Positions 1 to 27,818 of a stretch of 64,000 bases of DNA are shown one piece after another (positions within the stretch are counted from its first letter, which is position 1; every line of letters starts with the position of its first letter). Origin of the DNA: the human T2T-CHM13v2.0 reference genome, Homo sapiens; NCBI RefSeq assembly GCF_009914755.1, contig NC_060941.1; one strand, written 5' to 3'. Position numbers and translations under genes: made by a program. Below the pieces are notes generated by a model, which worked only from the letters and a program-made list of their open reading frames with translations, had not been told where the DNA came from and did not search any database.

Positions 1-850
1 AGTTACCCAAACCTGTTCTTTTCTGATCCTGTCAGGATACATGCTTGTTGACTCTCACATTCTTCCCCCAAATCACTCATTCACAGATGAGGTTGAGACT
101 AATGAAAACACAAGCTATTGGAAGGAACGGCCTGACATTTCTATTATTATGCTAGAGACAATAACAGATCAGTGACCAGAAGTAATCTAGGCTGGAAGAC
201 CTCTGATATGGCCACCATAAATTCTCTGGTACCTGAAAAAAAAAAAAGTATGAAAACCTTGGAATACTATGGTGACAAGGTATCTACATCTATCTCCATC
301 TTTTTTTTTTTTTTTTAAGATGTAAGAGGGCATATTCACAGTTACGGCAAAATATGACTGAGGATACAAAACACTGAAAATTAAGAGCTACCTACCTGAA
401 TTCTGATGGGTTTTTTTTGTACTCCTATCTCCTAATACCTCAAAATGCATAAAAATCTCAGTTAATGATATGTCATTTTTGTCCCATTATTCAATACAAT
501 AAAAGAGAAACTAAATATTTCAGATTTGATTTTTCTGACTTGAGCTAATGATCCTCCTCCCTTTCTTAAACATTTAAAATGTTTGTTAACTGAACAGTCA
601 GTCACTCTTCCACATTTCTAAGCGAAATGTCAACACTCATACTCAATATGACACTACTAGAATGTGAAGCCCAAATTTCATTTTAAATCTCTAATTACCT
701 ACCAAGGAAGCTCATTTCCCCAAACAATTCTGTGAACTCCAATGCCAGACTATCCAAGTTTCTGGGGACTTAACAGTATCTGTGCCTTTCACATGTAGGA
801 GTCCTCTCCAGAAATGGCATACCCAACTGTTCTTTTAGTCTCAAGAGTCA

Positions 851-1197
<347 letters not shown>

Positions 1198-1516
1198 TTA
1201 AAATGTGATGGGACTGTAACAAGAGTAACTGTGTTCTGGATACACAACAGACAAGCTACTAGGAAATGCCAAAGATAAAGACCAATCACAGCAATGCTTT
1301 AAGAGACCCAGAGTACAAAAGGGGTTCTAAGTGAGCCTCTAAACATAGCATGTTAATAAGCTTAAGTAAACACTGGTAGAGGCCAGCAAATTAAAGCTAG
1401 CTGTAACATCTAAAGATATGTCCCAGTCACAGCAGCTCTTTATGTGCAGACCTCAACCTCACATTCTGCTTCAGAAACCTCTCTCAGACAAGCGGCAGAA
1501 GAAAGGTCCCCTCCTC

Positions 1517-1784
<268 letters not shown>

Positions 1785-1933
1785 TCAAAAAGAACAGCAT
1801 ACATGCTACTAATTCATTTGCATTCATAAATCTTTGGTTTAAAAATCCATTTAAGGCCCGGTACAGTGCAGTGGCTCACACCTGTAATCCCAGCACATCG
1901 GGAGGCTGAGACAGGTGGATTGCTTTGAGGTCA

Positions 1934-2234
<301 letters not shown>

Positions 2235-2334
2235 CTAGAGATACCAAAACCACTGTGGGAAATGTTTTGACTGGATAAAACACTCTTCAGTGAGGTGCTA
2301 TAGTGAAGATTTCTACAGAGAGCAATGGGAATCA

Positions 2335-2728
<394 letters not shown>

Positions 2729-2731
2729 TCA

Positions 2732-2950
<219 letters not shown>

Positions 2951-4230
2951 TTAAAAAAAAAAAAAGGGAAAAAGCACTACCAAAAATAAATGAAGAACGT
3001 GGTAGGAAAAGTTTACCATCGAGTTTGCTAAAGGCTCTGGAAGCCACAAATGCCAGAGACTACTGTGACACCTTTAACTGGGTCTCTTTCAAACTGGGAG
3101 AGGATTAGCTTAATAGCTGAACACTGTTTTCGGGTCAATGAACTTGGAATTATTTGTTCTGCTTCAGCTCACTGAAAATCTTTCAGATAAAGGATAATAA
3201 ATGTTTTGATTTTAAAACAAATTTTAAGGGGAAAGCTATTTTTAGCAAAAACACAATTAAAAAACACACATATTTTGTTGTTTCAGGCTTATCCAGAATA
3301 GTCTTAATCCATTCAGCAGCAGAAAGCCCCCTATAAGTCAGTTCCCTTGGAACCTCCTCCATTACAAATAAATCCAAAATTATGGTTGGTAGATCCTATG
3401 AAGTCCTAGGTCCACTTCAGGTGATGACAACTGAGAGAAGCAGCAGTTCCATTTTCACAGAGCATGACACACACAAATAAAGCATATTTACAGTGCTACT
3501 TTTCCAGCTCAGGAAAACTCACACACAGTATTAGACATCAATTTCCTTGCCTATAAACCATGGCTAAGGATGCCTCTCTAATTCCTTGGAACAGGGAGGA
3601 GTTACAATCACAGGTGGCTTTGACACGCGTGTAATCTCCGTCATCATTTCCTAACTGTTCTTTAAAAGCTTGTAATTTTCTTTCAATTTTCAGCTTTGGG
3701 GGCTCACACTGACGCTTAGACTTCATAAACTTCCTTCCTAGATATATAACATGCTAATTCATGCGAATCGCTCAAGCTTGTTTTATAATCACACCTATGG
3801 ATACCTTTGCAAGACTTCACGCCTCTACTCCAACAATAAACTACTAAAACCTCTGGAAACAATCTAGAACTTGCACTTGAGCAGACAAGAGAAAGGAAGT
3901 GATGGCTTTAAAGGGACGCAGCTTTGTCGGGCTCAAAAGAGGAGCCCTCGCTCACTCTTGAGCGGCTCAAGATGTTACCAGAAGCTCCCGCCAGATGTGC
4001 GGGGCGGGGGTGCGGGCACAGGTAAGGCAGAGAAGATGGGTGGACGGCCCTGGGAAGAACTAGGGTGCCGAAGCCTGCAGGCGGGATGGAGTGGAAGGAG
4101 GTGAGGCAAAATTAGGCAAGTACAGGAAGGAGCCAGTGCAGCGAAGAAAACAGGGCAGGCGAGAAGTAGAGCCCTAGAGGAACCAACGAATTCGGGACTC
4201 GGAGGGTTTCCGAGGGTCCAGTTCTCTCAC

Positions 4231-4469
4231 CAGAAAGCCGCGTTCAGCCCCAGGCACCACAGAGCGCTCCTAGCTGGCCGCTCCCACACCAGGGCTGCCT
4301 GCACCCGACTCAGCAGAGGCTCGTAAGGCCCCAGCACCTCCACCAGGGCCCGCTGCGCCGCCTCAACCTGCTGGTCCCGCTCCCAGGAGCCTGACACATC
4401 TCGGCGGCCCCTGAAAGTCGACCCCGAAGCCGGGCCTGGGGTCGTGGGAACCCCTTCGGCCTCAGCCAT
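4231..4469 (-). CDS. RETREG3: RETREG3/FAM134C (ER-phagy receptor) first coding exon; gene continues left beyond the window (1-4230 is intron 1)
   Basis: ATG at 4469 gives MAEAEGVPTTPGPASGSTFRGRRDVSGSWERDQQVEAAQRALVEVLGPYEPLLSRVQAALVWERPARSALWCLGLNAAF(W); 239-nt exon ending at a GTGAGA donor; head-to-head with TUBG1. Confidence 0.93.
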
Positions 4470-4882
4470 CTCCCCGCGGCAGCCACAACATCCGGGGCCG
4501 TGGCCCGACAAGTCACAATAACAGCAACTGCGCAGATGCGCGATTCGGCGGGGGAGGTGGCTTCGCACCACAGCGCGCTTGCGCGCAGGCCCAAGCAGGC
4601 GCCCACCCAGAGGGGAGGGAGGACGCCGTACCCCGCCCTCACTGAGGCGCGGAGCCGGATCCGGAGGCGCCGAGCCGCATCCGGAGCCGCGCACGCGCAA
4701 TCTGCATGAACGAAGGCCAGTGCTTAAAGACGTGCCATTCATTGCCAGAACTCGGTTCTCATTGGAGCGGAGGAAGTTCGTGGGTGGAGCTGGTTGTTTG
4801 GCGCCTGCGTCTTGCGGCGAGCGGGCTGGCGTGCGGCGCCGTTGCGGGCGGGAGCGGCTGCAACGCCGGTGCCTGAGGAGCG
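4470..4882. promoter_or_regulatory. Bidirectional CpG-island promoter shared by RETREG3 and TUBG1
   Basis: 413 bp between divergent ATGs; CpG-rich; NRF1-like GCGC-nn-GCGC motifs (4575-4584, 4689-4699); inverted CCAAT (ATTGG 4761); no TATA box seen. Confidence 0.88.
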
Positions 4883-10186
<5,304 letters not shown>

Positions 10187-10359
10187 GTCCCCCAGGACAG
10201 GGACCCTCATCTGCCTTACTGGTTGGCCCAAGCCCTGCCTGACTGACCACCCCCTCAGAGCACAGATCAGGGACCTCACGCATCTCTTTCTCATATACAT
10301 GGACTCTCTGTTGGCCTGCAAACACATTTACTTCTCCTCTTATGAGACTATTTATCTTT

Positions 10360-10365
10360 AATAAA
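10360..10365 (+). terminator. TUBG1 polyadenylation signal
   Basis: AATAAA ~175 nt after the stop codon. Confidence 0.85.
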
Positions 10366-11003
10366 GCACTGGATATAAATCAAGTCACTGCTCCCTTTAA
10401 AGCCTTTGGGTTCTGGAGATGCGGTGGGGATGCCTGTTCTTTCTCCATCATTCTGACAGGGTCCTCACCCACTTCCAGCATCTTCAATTCTGAACCAACA
10501 GCTTCCCCTAGGTTTTTCCTCTGCCTAGTTTTGGAGAACGCTGGTGGGGTTTGACCCACCTGAAATTCCTTTCCAGGGTAAAAAGGCCCAGAGATATTAC
10601 TTTGTTCTCTGTCTGACCCTTTCTGGGTCCCCGTTCCCTCCCACCCTCACTGTATCAGGTGAATATTCCACCAGCCTCATGTTTCCACATCAGAGTGTCT
10701 GATTAATCACAACCTGAGGCCCAAGGCCACCACCACTGCCACTAGGCCATGAACAAGCAATGGAGTCCAACCCAATACCTTTAAGCTTCTAGCAAGCAGT
10801 CCAGGAGAGCCGCTCGTTTCAGGCAGTTGGAGTCTAGCAGCATCAAGTCAGCGACCAAATCTAAAACCTAGACTGTAAGCAGGATCATAAGTGGTTCCAT
10901 AGCTAAGGCACCATAATTCTCTTCTCTAGTGGTTGCCAGTAATTTAAATGGCCAGTGCCTTCTACTTCTGGTGGAAGATTGCAGGGAGGTAGTAAATACA
11001 TAG

Positions 11004-11197
<194 letters not shown>

Positions 11198-11316
11198 TAA
11201 AAAGGGCAAAGCAGGTTCTCCTTAGAGCATGGTGGGTTGTCAGGGCCCCATTAGGCTCTTATACACACCATAAAGTTATATAGTAGTGACAGCTAACACG
11301 CACACATACGCTGTGA

Positions 11317-11604
<288 letters not shown>

Positions 11605-11814
11605 TGATCCACCTGCCTCGGCCTCCCAAAGTGCTGGGATTACAGGTGTGAGCCACCGCACCCGGCTGGTAGATACTAATTTTTAAAATACAATAACAAG
11701 GCCGGGTGCGGCGGTTCACGCCTGTAATCCCAGCACTTTGGGAGGCCAAGGCAGGCGGATCACCTGAGGTTAGGAGACCAGCCTGGCCAATATGGTGAAA
11801 CCCCATCTCTACTA

Positions 11815-12072
<258 letters not shown>

Positions 12073-12098
12073 TCAGGAGATCGAGACCATCCTGGCTA

Positions 12099-12293
<195 letters not shown>

Positions 12294-12329
12294 TCAAAAA
12301 AATAATAAAAATAACAATAAAAGTACAAA

Positions 12330-12870
<541 letters not shown>

Positions 12871-14715
12871 TACTTGCTCACTATTGGCCTAGGAATGTAC
12901 TTTTCCTTCTATGAACCTGTTTATCTTTCATGGTTATCCCCCCTTTGCCAGGTAAGTATGAACCTGTTTATCTTTCATAAAGCTCTACATGTGAACAGAG
13001 AACAATATACAGGCCAGGCCCCTATGAACAGAGGGGACCCTTTCAGGACTGATGGGCAGAGAACAGGCCATCAGAAGCTAGGCCCTAGGCTACTGAGGGG
13101 TAGCAGAGAGGCCACGAGCCTGTTATCATCACAGCCAAGACAACCAGCCTGTCACTATCAGTTGCCAGTGTCTTCAGGGGGCTGACTCAGGGAGAGCCAG
13201 CCTGGTTGGTGTGAACCGGCTGCCTGTTCTCCCAAAAGGAAGGAAGATGACTTCAGTGAAAACCAGTGTGCACCTGGTCCCTTCTCAGCTCCTCCTCCTA
13301 CTTCTGTACCACTAGGTTCCTTGCCTCAGTCCTCCTTTCCTTCCCCTGCCCTTGAAGACCAACCTTGCATTAGTTGCTCCAGGCATCTGCACGAGTGCTG
13401 GTGCTGAGTAGGGGATCACAAGCTGGCACAAGTAGCGAGGCTGCTGTATGTGAGTGGCCAGCTGGCCCACCTCCAGGCCATAAGCAACCCCCAGGCCCTC
13501 TTTTGGAGGATCCAGTTAAGTAGCACGTAAAGCCCTGAGCAGGAGAAAACACCAGGTAGTCCAGAATAAAAGTTATGTCTGGTTAGTACTACAGCCACCA
13601 ACCCAGAGGGGTGAATACATGCCCTGGGGGGAAAAATGGAGCTGCAAAGACACCTCCTTTTCCTGATGGCTAAGTATCAGGCATTCTAAGCACAGACAAA
13701 GCCTTCGGTGCTAACTTCAGAACCAGATCCCTCCCCCAAGGCTATTTCCAGATCACCCATCACCCCAAACCAGGGCAGCCCCTCCCTGTTCTTGGCCAGC
13801 CTGCAAACCCCAAAGTGTGTCAACTAGAGGGCAGCTCAGAGGCCAGGTGGAAAGGGAGGGAGGCCTCTGGGAATCAGGACAGCAGGTGGTGCTGGTAGTG
13901 AAAAGTCCCTGTGGTTTGAGAGACTGTAAGCCACAGAAGAGACTGTCCCCGCTGAGAGACAAGGACTGCTGCAGAAACAGAAAGCCTGGAGGCTGGCCAG
14001 TGCTCAAGCCTGGAATAGGAACTTCTCTGCAACTAAATAAAAGAAAATTAGCTGTTTAAAGCTAATGTTCCTAGACTTCAGTGTGATGTGACCCCAGGGA
14101 CCCTCAAACATGCATGACACGGACATCTATATCAGGAAGCTCATAGGCAAAAATAGAGCTGTGTAAACGAATCTGAAACTTAGAAGCTGTAACTTTGGAA
14201 AGTGAGACGTGAAGAGGTGGCGAGCACACACGGTGGGTGGGGAGCACGTGGCGAGCAGAGACACTGGACAAAGAGTTGGTGGGTCAGTCCATTAAGCCTT
14301 ATCCTGGTCTCTACCAGTTGCAAACATTCTAGATCTCCCTAGTAAATGGGCTCCTCAGTGGAGAGTCCATTGAAATCCAACATGTAACCCACCCCCAAGT
14401 AATGCCCACCTCCAGCACTTGCTCCCTTTCCATTCCTTCTCAGGTATCTCAAGCAGGGAAGGGGCTGCCCTAGGAAAGTAACAGAAATATTTGAAATTGA
14501 CATTCTGAACTACTAATACATCACTTATAAGATTTACTTAAATTTGGCCAGGTGCGGTGGCTCACATCTGTAATCCCAGCACTTTGAGAGGCTGAGGCGG
14601 GTGAATCACTTGAGGTCAGGAGTTCGAGACCAGCCTGACCAACATGGTGAAACCCTGTCTCTATGAACAATACAAAAATTAGCCAGGTGTGCTGGCAGGC
14701 CTGTAATCCCAGCTA

Positions 14716-14823
<108 letters not shown>

Positions 14824-15502
14824 TCAAAAAAAAAAAAAAAAAAGTTTTAAAATTAGCCAGGCATGGTGGTGCATACCTGTGGTCCCTGCTACTCCACAAG
14901 CTGAGGTGGGAGGATCGCTTGACCCGGGAGGTCAAGGACAGTGAGCTGTGATCACGCTACTGTTCTCCGGCCTGGGCAAGAGAGTGAGACCCCGGCCACT
15001 CCAAAAAAAAAAAAAAAACATTCCATGATGGGGACAAAAAATTAAATAAAATAAGAACAACCCCCCCGCCCCCAGAAATCTTCACATTCCCTTAGTCCTA
15101 GGAAAACCAGGACAGTTGGTCACCCTAAATGAAAAACCACCACGGAGAATGATTAGAAAATCGCAAAGCAGTACATATAAATAATCAGGGCTGAATTAAG
15201 GCCTGGTAGATATTTGTTCATGAATTAAGCAAGGATTTATTAAAAACGGAGATTGAGTTGCTCAGCACTAAGCTTCACAATGGACCCTACCTAAAGGGGT
15301 TCCCACTTTTACTAGAGGGGTGATATAGCATTGTTACCATTTGGATAGTGTTTTACCCTGCACGATGCACCTGCACATGCATTCATTATCTGGGTTTTCT
15401 GAGGGAGGTTTTTTTCGTCATTTATCATCATAGGGAAATCGGTTTAGGGAGGGTAAGTAATTTGTCCAACATCACACAGCTGGTACATAAAAGACACACT
15501 AG

Positions 15503-15923
<421 letters not shown>

Positions 15924-16202
15924 TGAGACAGGGTCTCCCTCTGTTGCCCAGGCTGGAGTATGGGTGGCACAATCATGACTCACTTCAGCCTTGGCTGAAG
16001 CTATCTTCCTGCCTCCGCCTGCCAAGTAGCTGGGACCACTGGTGCGTGCCACCATGCCTGGCTAATTTTTAAAATTATTTGTAGAGACAAGGTCTCCCTA
16101 TGTTGCCCAGGCTGGTCTCAAACTCTTGGCCTCAAGAGATCCTCTTGCCCCAGCTTCCCAAAGCGCTGGCATTACAGGCATAAGCCTCTGGGCCTGGCCT
16201 CA

Positions 16203-16577
<375 letters not shown>

Positions 16578-17891
16578 TTAAAATGTAAATCAGCAAATTG
16601 GCAGTTTTTTGAATGAAAAAACACTCAGTGGTTTTTGGGGGTGTTGTTGTTGTTGTTTAGAGACAGTCTTGCTCTGTCACTCAGGCTGGAGTACAGTGAT
16701 ACAATCATAGTTCATGGTAACCTTGAACTCCTGTGTTCAAGCAATCCTCCCGCCTCAGTGTGCCAAGTACATGGGACTACAGGTGGTGCCACCATACCTG
16801 GCTAATTTTAATTTTTTTTTTTTTTTTTAGAAATGGGGTCTCACTGTATTGCCCAGATTGGTCTCAAACTCCTGGCCTCAAGTGATCCACTTGCTTTGGC
16901 CTCACAAATTGCTGGGATTAAGGCATGAGCCACTGCACCTGGCCTTTCTTTTTGTTTTCTATATTTTCCAAATGGTCTATAATTAATATGTATTACTTTT
17001 ATAATCAGAAACAAGTATATTTTAAGTGTAAATAAGTAGAAGAGTAAACAGGAAAAGAAGCTAGAGGTAAAGTGGCCACAGATGGTAAATGACAATAAGG
17101 TAGATATGAAAAACAGAGATGATTATAACAGAACAGAAGGAGAAATCTAACTGCTTGGTGGTGGAGATCAATACATTCTTATTTCAGACAGATTTTTACT
17201 CTCTTTCTGAAAACTATGGGAGACATGAGGGTTTAGGGTTATTTCAAAAAACAAGTGGAGGCTGGGTACTCATGCCTGTAATCCCAGCACTTTGGGAGGC
17301 CAAGTCGGGAGGATCACTTGAGGCCAGGAGTTTGAGATCAGCCTGGGCAACATAGCGAGACCCTGTCTCCACAAAAATAAGCCAGGGCTGGTGGCAGGTG
17401 CCTGTATTCCTCGCTACTCAGGAGGCTGGAGTGAGGAGGATTGCTTGAACCCAGAAGTTCAAGGCTGCAGTGAACTATGATTGTGCCACTGCACTCCAGC
17501 CTGGGCAACAGAGGGAGATTCTATCTCAAAAAAAAAAAAAGTGGATATATTTGATTCAAATTTAGAACTACAAAAGAATAGCAAGCAAAGAAACAAGCTC
17601 AATATTTTTCATACCATGACCAACAAGAAAACTTAACATTCTAAATGAACTTTCTATAATATATTAGTTAGTGTACAAGTATTATAAAATATACATTCAT
17701 GATATACAATTGTATACATTAATATGCAATACAAATGGATATAAAGTATCTCAACAAAAGTTTTTTTTTGTTGTTTTTATGTTTGTTTGTTTTGTTTGTT
17801 TATTTTTAGGAGACAAGGTCTCACACTGTCACCCAGGCTGGAGTGCAGTGGCATGATCATAGCTCAGTGCAGCCTCAAATTCCTGGACTCA

Positions 17892-18146
<255 letters not shown>

Positions 18147-19903
18147 TCAAAAAAAAAAAATGCCTGGGCTCAAGTAATCCTCCTGCCTCAGCCTCCCAAG
18201 TAGCTAGGACTGCAGGTGCCTGGCACCACACCTGGCCTCAATGAAACTCTTAAAGTGATGAATAAATACTCGAAATGCTAGGGATGGACTGCTGAACATA
18301 AATATAATTTTTGCATATAATCATATGCTTTGGTTTGTTTTTTCAAATTCAAAATAAAATGTTGCAAAACATAAGTTGTCCAGCTAGGCACAGTGGCTCA
18401 CACCTGTAATCCCAGCACTTTCAGAGGCCGAGGCAGTGGGATTGCTTGAGCCCAGGAGTTTGAGAACAGCCTCAGCAACATGGTGAAACCCTGTCTCTAC
18501 AAAAAATACAAAACTTAGCTGGGTGTGGTGGCACACGCCTGTACCCAGTCACTTGGGGGGCTGAGGTGGGATAATGTCTTATGGGATGGGACAGTGTCTT
18601 TATCTCTATTTCCCTGTTATCTACTACAGGCCCTGCACAATGTAGCTGTTCAAAAAACATTTGTTGAACAAATGAAAAAATGATGTCAAGGCCATAACTT
18701 TTACTCCTCCTCTTTTCATTAACAAGAAGACATTAAGAGATTTGCCACATAATCAAATAAAAGCACACCCCAGGACAAATTAATGTGTTGACCACATTGG
18801 ATCAGGAATATTGAGACTTTAATCCTAGACTGTTTTCAGAGAGGAGTTGGAAAATGGGGAAAAAAGATGTAATTTCTCCAACTAGAAATTAACTTATTAA
18901 AATTCATGCATAACATAAGCTATTCCAAGATTCCCCCTTTTTTTTTTTTTTTTTTTGACACAGGGTCTTGCTTTGTCACCCAGACTGGAGTGCAGTGGCA
19001 CGATCACGACTCACTGTAGCCTTGACCTTCTGGGCTCAAGCAATTCCCTGCCTTAGCCTTCCAAGTAGCTGGGACTACAGGCATGCACCACCATATCTGG
19101 CTAATTTTTTTGGTATTTTTTTGTAGAGACAGGGTTTTGCCATGTTGCCCAGGCTGGTCTCGAACTCCTGAGTTCAAGTGATCTGCCCGTCTCAGCCTCC
19201 CAAAGTAGCAGGATTACAGGTGTGAGCCACCAGGCCTGGCCTATTCCAAGATCCTTACACCAAATAGCTTATAGTATCAGAAACCAAATGGCTTGATGTA
19301 GCTGAATTTCTGATACTTGATACTTTGGAAATTTTCCCAATGGACACATTATACAAGATGCCATTAGCACCTGAATGGAAACAAACTGGTGACTACAAGT
19401 ATTCTACATCCTGCCAGATCAAATAATAGTCATGAGTCATAACTGGATCTGCAGACAGCTGCGTAAAACAGATTATCAGTGGAAGGTATGGCAGTTCCAA
19501 GGCCTGACCTGCAAAGTCAGTCGGGAAAAGGGTGCGGTCAGAACCAGCACAGCTGGAAGGTCACCCACAGAATAAAAGTTGCCAACTGGATGTGTTCCTC
19601 TAAGACAACTTTGCAATGACACAGAAGCACAGCCATGGTCAAGAGATGGCCAGAAGGAGGTGGTGAGGAGCTGAGAGAGGTCCTTGGTGATCCTCAACCT
19701 ACAACTGGGCTAATGAGGCAAACACTGGACCAAACAGCCCTAAATCTCACCCAAAGACTTGAAGGCTGTCCGTCTTCGTTCCCCTGACACACACAGTACT
19801 CCCTGAGAATTCCCATTCTCTCTACGTCCCATCCTTCTTTAGGATTTCTGAACCTAGAGAAATTTGCTCCCTGAAATTTTCTGTGGTGCCCACATAGATT
19901 TCA

Positions 19904-20372
<469 letters not shown>

Positions 20373-20581
20373 TCACGGAGCTTAAGAAGGCCAGGTTACT
20401 ACTTCTGCTTCTAAGACACAACCATAGGCAATACGGCTCAAGAGGATCACCTACCCCGAGCCAGGAGACAACCTTAAACTGAAGTCTAGTGTGGTTCCTT
20501 GGAAATCCTTGTGACTTGGCCCTCTTGTGAGGCATAAATTGAATCTGGCCTGAGAATATCCTAATACTCTGTTTCCTCTGA

Positions 20582-21073
<492 letters not shown>

Positions 21074-21260
21074 TAGCCAGGATGGTCTCGATCTCCTGAC
21101 CTCGTGATCCGCCCGCCTCAGCCTCCCAAAGTGCTGGGATTACAGGCGTGAGCCACCACGCCCAGCTGCCTCCCCATCTTAAGCCGTCCTCCCACCTCAG
21201 CCTCCCGAGTAGCTGAGACTAGAGGCACATGCCAACATGCCTGGCTAATTTTTAATTTAA

Positions 21261-21407
<147 letters not shown>

Positions 21408-21859
21408 TGAGTATCTGGGATTATAAGCACCTGCCACCACGCCTGGCTAATTTTGGATTTTTAGTAGAGACAGGGTTTTGTCATGCTGCCCAGGCAGGTC
21501 TCGAACTCTGAAACTCAAGTGATCTTCCCGCTTCTGCCTCCCAAAGTGCTGGGATTACAGGTGTGAGCCACTGTGCCTGGCCTACACAGTATTGATTTCT
21601 CTGACTGCCTTACAGTTGCCACCAGCTCACTCAGAAGGTTCCAGACTACTATCTCTAGCCCACAGAGATACATGTAACTACTGTTATCTGGTGATGTAGC
21701 AGTTGTTAATCCATAGGCCCTAGGCCATCAAAATGAGCATGACTACACTGCCAGACTCCATTCACTTGTGTTCCTGCTGTGTGAACCACAACGCCGCTAT
21801 AAATGCATTGTTCCTTCTCTTTTGCCCTACACCAAAAGTTCTTAACTTTTGTTCATTCA

Positions 21860-22186
<327 letters not shown>

Positions 22187-22189
22187 TCA

Positions 22190-22492
<303 letters not shown>

Positions 22493-22723
22493 TCAAGGCA
22501 GAGCTCCTCTCTGAGACTGACACAGGACCCTCCCCTTGCCCACACCCAGACACTCCCACTTATGGGTCTAGGGCAGACCTTACATACCTTTCCCTATGGC
22601 CACCTAGGTGACACTAGTGCCCACTTTGACACCTTGGAACAGCGGATGAAAAGGACTTCCCGCTGGGCGCAGTGGCTCACACCTGTAATCCAAGCACTTT
22701 GGGAGGCCAAGGCTGGTGGTTCA

Positions 22724-23370
<647 letters not shown>

Positions 23371-23770
23371 TCAAAGGCCGCAGCCACCATTGAGCTGGTA
23401 TTCGCTCATGCTGACATCCTACTCCAACCCTCTCTGCCTCATCAAATACAGCCTTGATTTTGGTACAAGCCTAAATGCTCATCATATGCACACATATGCT
23501 GGGGTTACCACCAGCCTTCCCCAAACTATGCCAAAAATGATTCTATACATCTCACAAAGATTCATCATGAACACAATTGAAGGCCTATGGATCCTCGGGA
23601 TAGGGAAAGATCTCCCTGCCCTTCCATAGAATTGGGACTTCTTGTGTTCTAGCCTTTCCCAGCTATGGGAAAAACAACCAAGGTGGCTTCTCTTGTCTAC
23701 AAACATGGACCCACCATTCCTAAGGTACAGCATTAGCAAGAAAAACAAAACTAAGGAATTAAAAAAATAA

Positions 23771-23983
<213 letters not shown>

Positions 23984-23989
23984 TAGTAG

Positions 23990-24157
<168 letters not shown>

Positions 24158-25301
24158 TGAGACAAGGTCTCACTCTGTCATCCAGGCTGGAAGGCAGTAG
24201 CAGGATCATGGCTCACTGCAGCCTCAACCTCCCAGACTCAAGCAATCCTCCTACCTTAGCCTCCCAAGTAACTGGGACTACAGGTGCACACCACCACACC
24301 TGTCTAATTTTTTTATTTTTTGTAGAGACAGGGTCTCACTATGTTACCCAAACTGGTCTGAAACTCCTGGGTTCAAGCAATTCTCCTTCCTTGGCCTCCC
24401 AAAGTGCTGGAATTACAAGTGTGAGCCACTGTGCCCAGCCATTAATTTTAATTCTGTCAATAACCTGTGATCAAAATTTTATTCCAAGATCCAGCTCTGT
24501 TCTGGCTTCTTACTATGTGTTTCCCAGCAATGTAATGTAATTAAAATGTTATCATAACCTGTCTCTCAGAATGTTGTTACTACATTTGTGATCTTGGGCA
24601 GGTCACTTCCTGTCCCTGGGCCTCAGTTTCATCATTCTGTTGCTCAACAAATATGTATTGAGTAGCTAGTAAGTTCCAGGCATTGTGCTAAGTGCTGAAG
24701 ACAACAAAGATGAGCAAGATATAGTATGGCTGAAGAATTGCTCATTCCATTGTTTATGTGTTAATGTAAATAACTCATCATGTACCTGTGTGATTAGGGC
24801 TATAATGAAGGTTGGACAAGGTACGAGAGAAAAACTGGAAGGGGAACACCTGTGTCTGATGGGGGTTAGGGGTTTGTAAAATAAGGGGTTCGGCTTCTAG
24901 AGGAGTCTGTTATTCTAAGATTGTGATACATTCAAAAGGACACAGAGTCCATTTAGATATTCTGTTTCAGGGAAATGTGTACAATACCAGCCCTCTGCTA
25001 GTGCAGATAAGGAGTTTACCATTGGCACCAATACCTCTTTTTCAAGTTGAGTAGAAGCCAGATTCCTATTATCAGTCGTTTGCATTACTCAATTCTAACA
25101 ATCACTTGGGAACATAAATAATACTTGGTAAAATTAATTCTTTTCCAATACAAATGAAAGAAACATATCACATATACTTGTGCCATACATACGCTTAACC
25201 AACAAACACATCATCTGGGGAAGAAAAAGCAAACCCAGACACATATAAAATGAAATCATCGTAAGGTTTCATTTTATTTATTTATTATTATTATTTTTTG
25301 A

Positions 25302-25594
<293 letters not shown>

Positions 25595-26350
25595 TAAAAT
25601 ACAATTTTTTTAATAACATAGAGACGGGGTTTCACCGTGGTGCCCAGGCTGGTCTTGAACTCCTAGATTCAAGCAGTTCACCTACTTTGGCCTCCCAAAA
25701 TGCTGGGATTACAGGCATAAGCCACTGTGCCTGGCCCATCATAAGGTTTTCTTTCAAACAAAATCAGAAGTAAAATGTTATTGATTTGTTACTGCCAGGA
25801 ACTCAACATGCACCCTGCGATGCTGTTGAACTAAAGTCTGCTAACTGTGGCTTACAAATAATTGAAGCACCAGCTAATACTATTTAAATCCTTAACTAGT
25901 GAAATAAAGAGTTATGAATTCCTAAAAGGCCAATATTTATTTTTTTGTAGTGACAGGGTCTTGCTGTGTTGCCCAGTCTGGTCTAGAACTCCTGGCCTCA
26001 AGTGTTCCTCCTGCCTTGGCCTCACAAATATTGGGATTACAGCCATGAGCCACCATGCCCGGCCCTCATTCCATTAGGCTTATATAAATATAATGATTCG
26101 TGTTAAACATTTTGTGTTTAGGATGGGCACAGTGGCTCACACCTACAATCCCAGTACTTTGGGAAGCTGAGGCAGGAGGATTACTTGACCCCAGTAGTTG
26201 GAGACCAACTGGACAACATAGCAAGACCCTGTCTCTAAAAAAAAAAAAAAATACAAAAATTAGCCACATGGCCCAGCGTGGTGGCTCACACCTGTAATCC
26301 CAGCACTTTGGGAGGCTGAGGCAGGCAGATCACTTGAGGTCAGGAGTTCA

Positions 26351-26719
<369 letters not shown>

Positions 26720-27211
26720 TTAAAAATTTAAAAATTGTGCTTAAGAAGACATCTCAATGGTTGCACAATCTTAATGTATTTAATACTACTTAACTGTATG
26801 TTTAAAAATAGTTAAAATCTGTAATCCCAGTGCTTTGAGAGGCTGAGGCAGAAGGATTACTTGAGCCCAGGAGTTCCAGACCAGCCTGGAAAACATGGCA
26901 AAAACCCATATCTGGAGAAAACAAAAATACAAAACAAAAAATACAAAACAAAACAACCCATGGCGAAAACAAAAAAATACAAAAATTAGCCAGGTATGGT
27001 GGCACACACCTGTAGTCCTAGCTACTTGGGAGGCTGAGGCAGGAGGATTGTCTGAGTCCAGGAGGTTGAGGCTACAGTGAGTCATGATTGTGCCACTACA
27101 CTCCAGCCTGGGCAACAGAGCAAGACCCTGTCTCAAAATAAATAAATAAATAAATAGTTTAAAATCGACTAGCTTGGGCAACATGGAAAAACTCTGTTTC
27201 TACAAAAAAAT

Positions 27212-27213
<2 letters not shown>

Positions 27214-27254
<41 letters not shown>
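27214..27254. repeat. (CA)n microsatellite in an Alu linker
   Basis: Direct reading. Confidence 0.95.
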
Positions 27255-27256
<2 letters not shown>

Positions 27257-27590
27257 AATTAACAGGTCGTGGTGGCACACACCTATAATTCCAGCTAACC
27301 AGGAGGCTGAGGTGGGAGGATCACCTGAGCCCAAGAAATCAAGGTTCCTATGATCATGCTACTACTGCACTTCAGCCTGGTCAGCAGAGAGAGAGATCGT
27401 GTCTCAAAAAAAAAAAAAAAGTTAAAAAGGTTAAATAGTAAATTTTATGTTATATGTACTTTATAAGTTTTTTTAAAAAATAAACAATTTTTAATTAAAA
27501 AATGTAACTGATGGCCAGGCATGGTGGCTCACGCCTATAATCTCAGCACTTTGGGAGGCCGAGGCAGGCGGATCATGAGTCAGGAGATCA

Positions 27591-27818
<228 letters not shown>
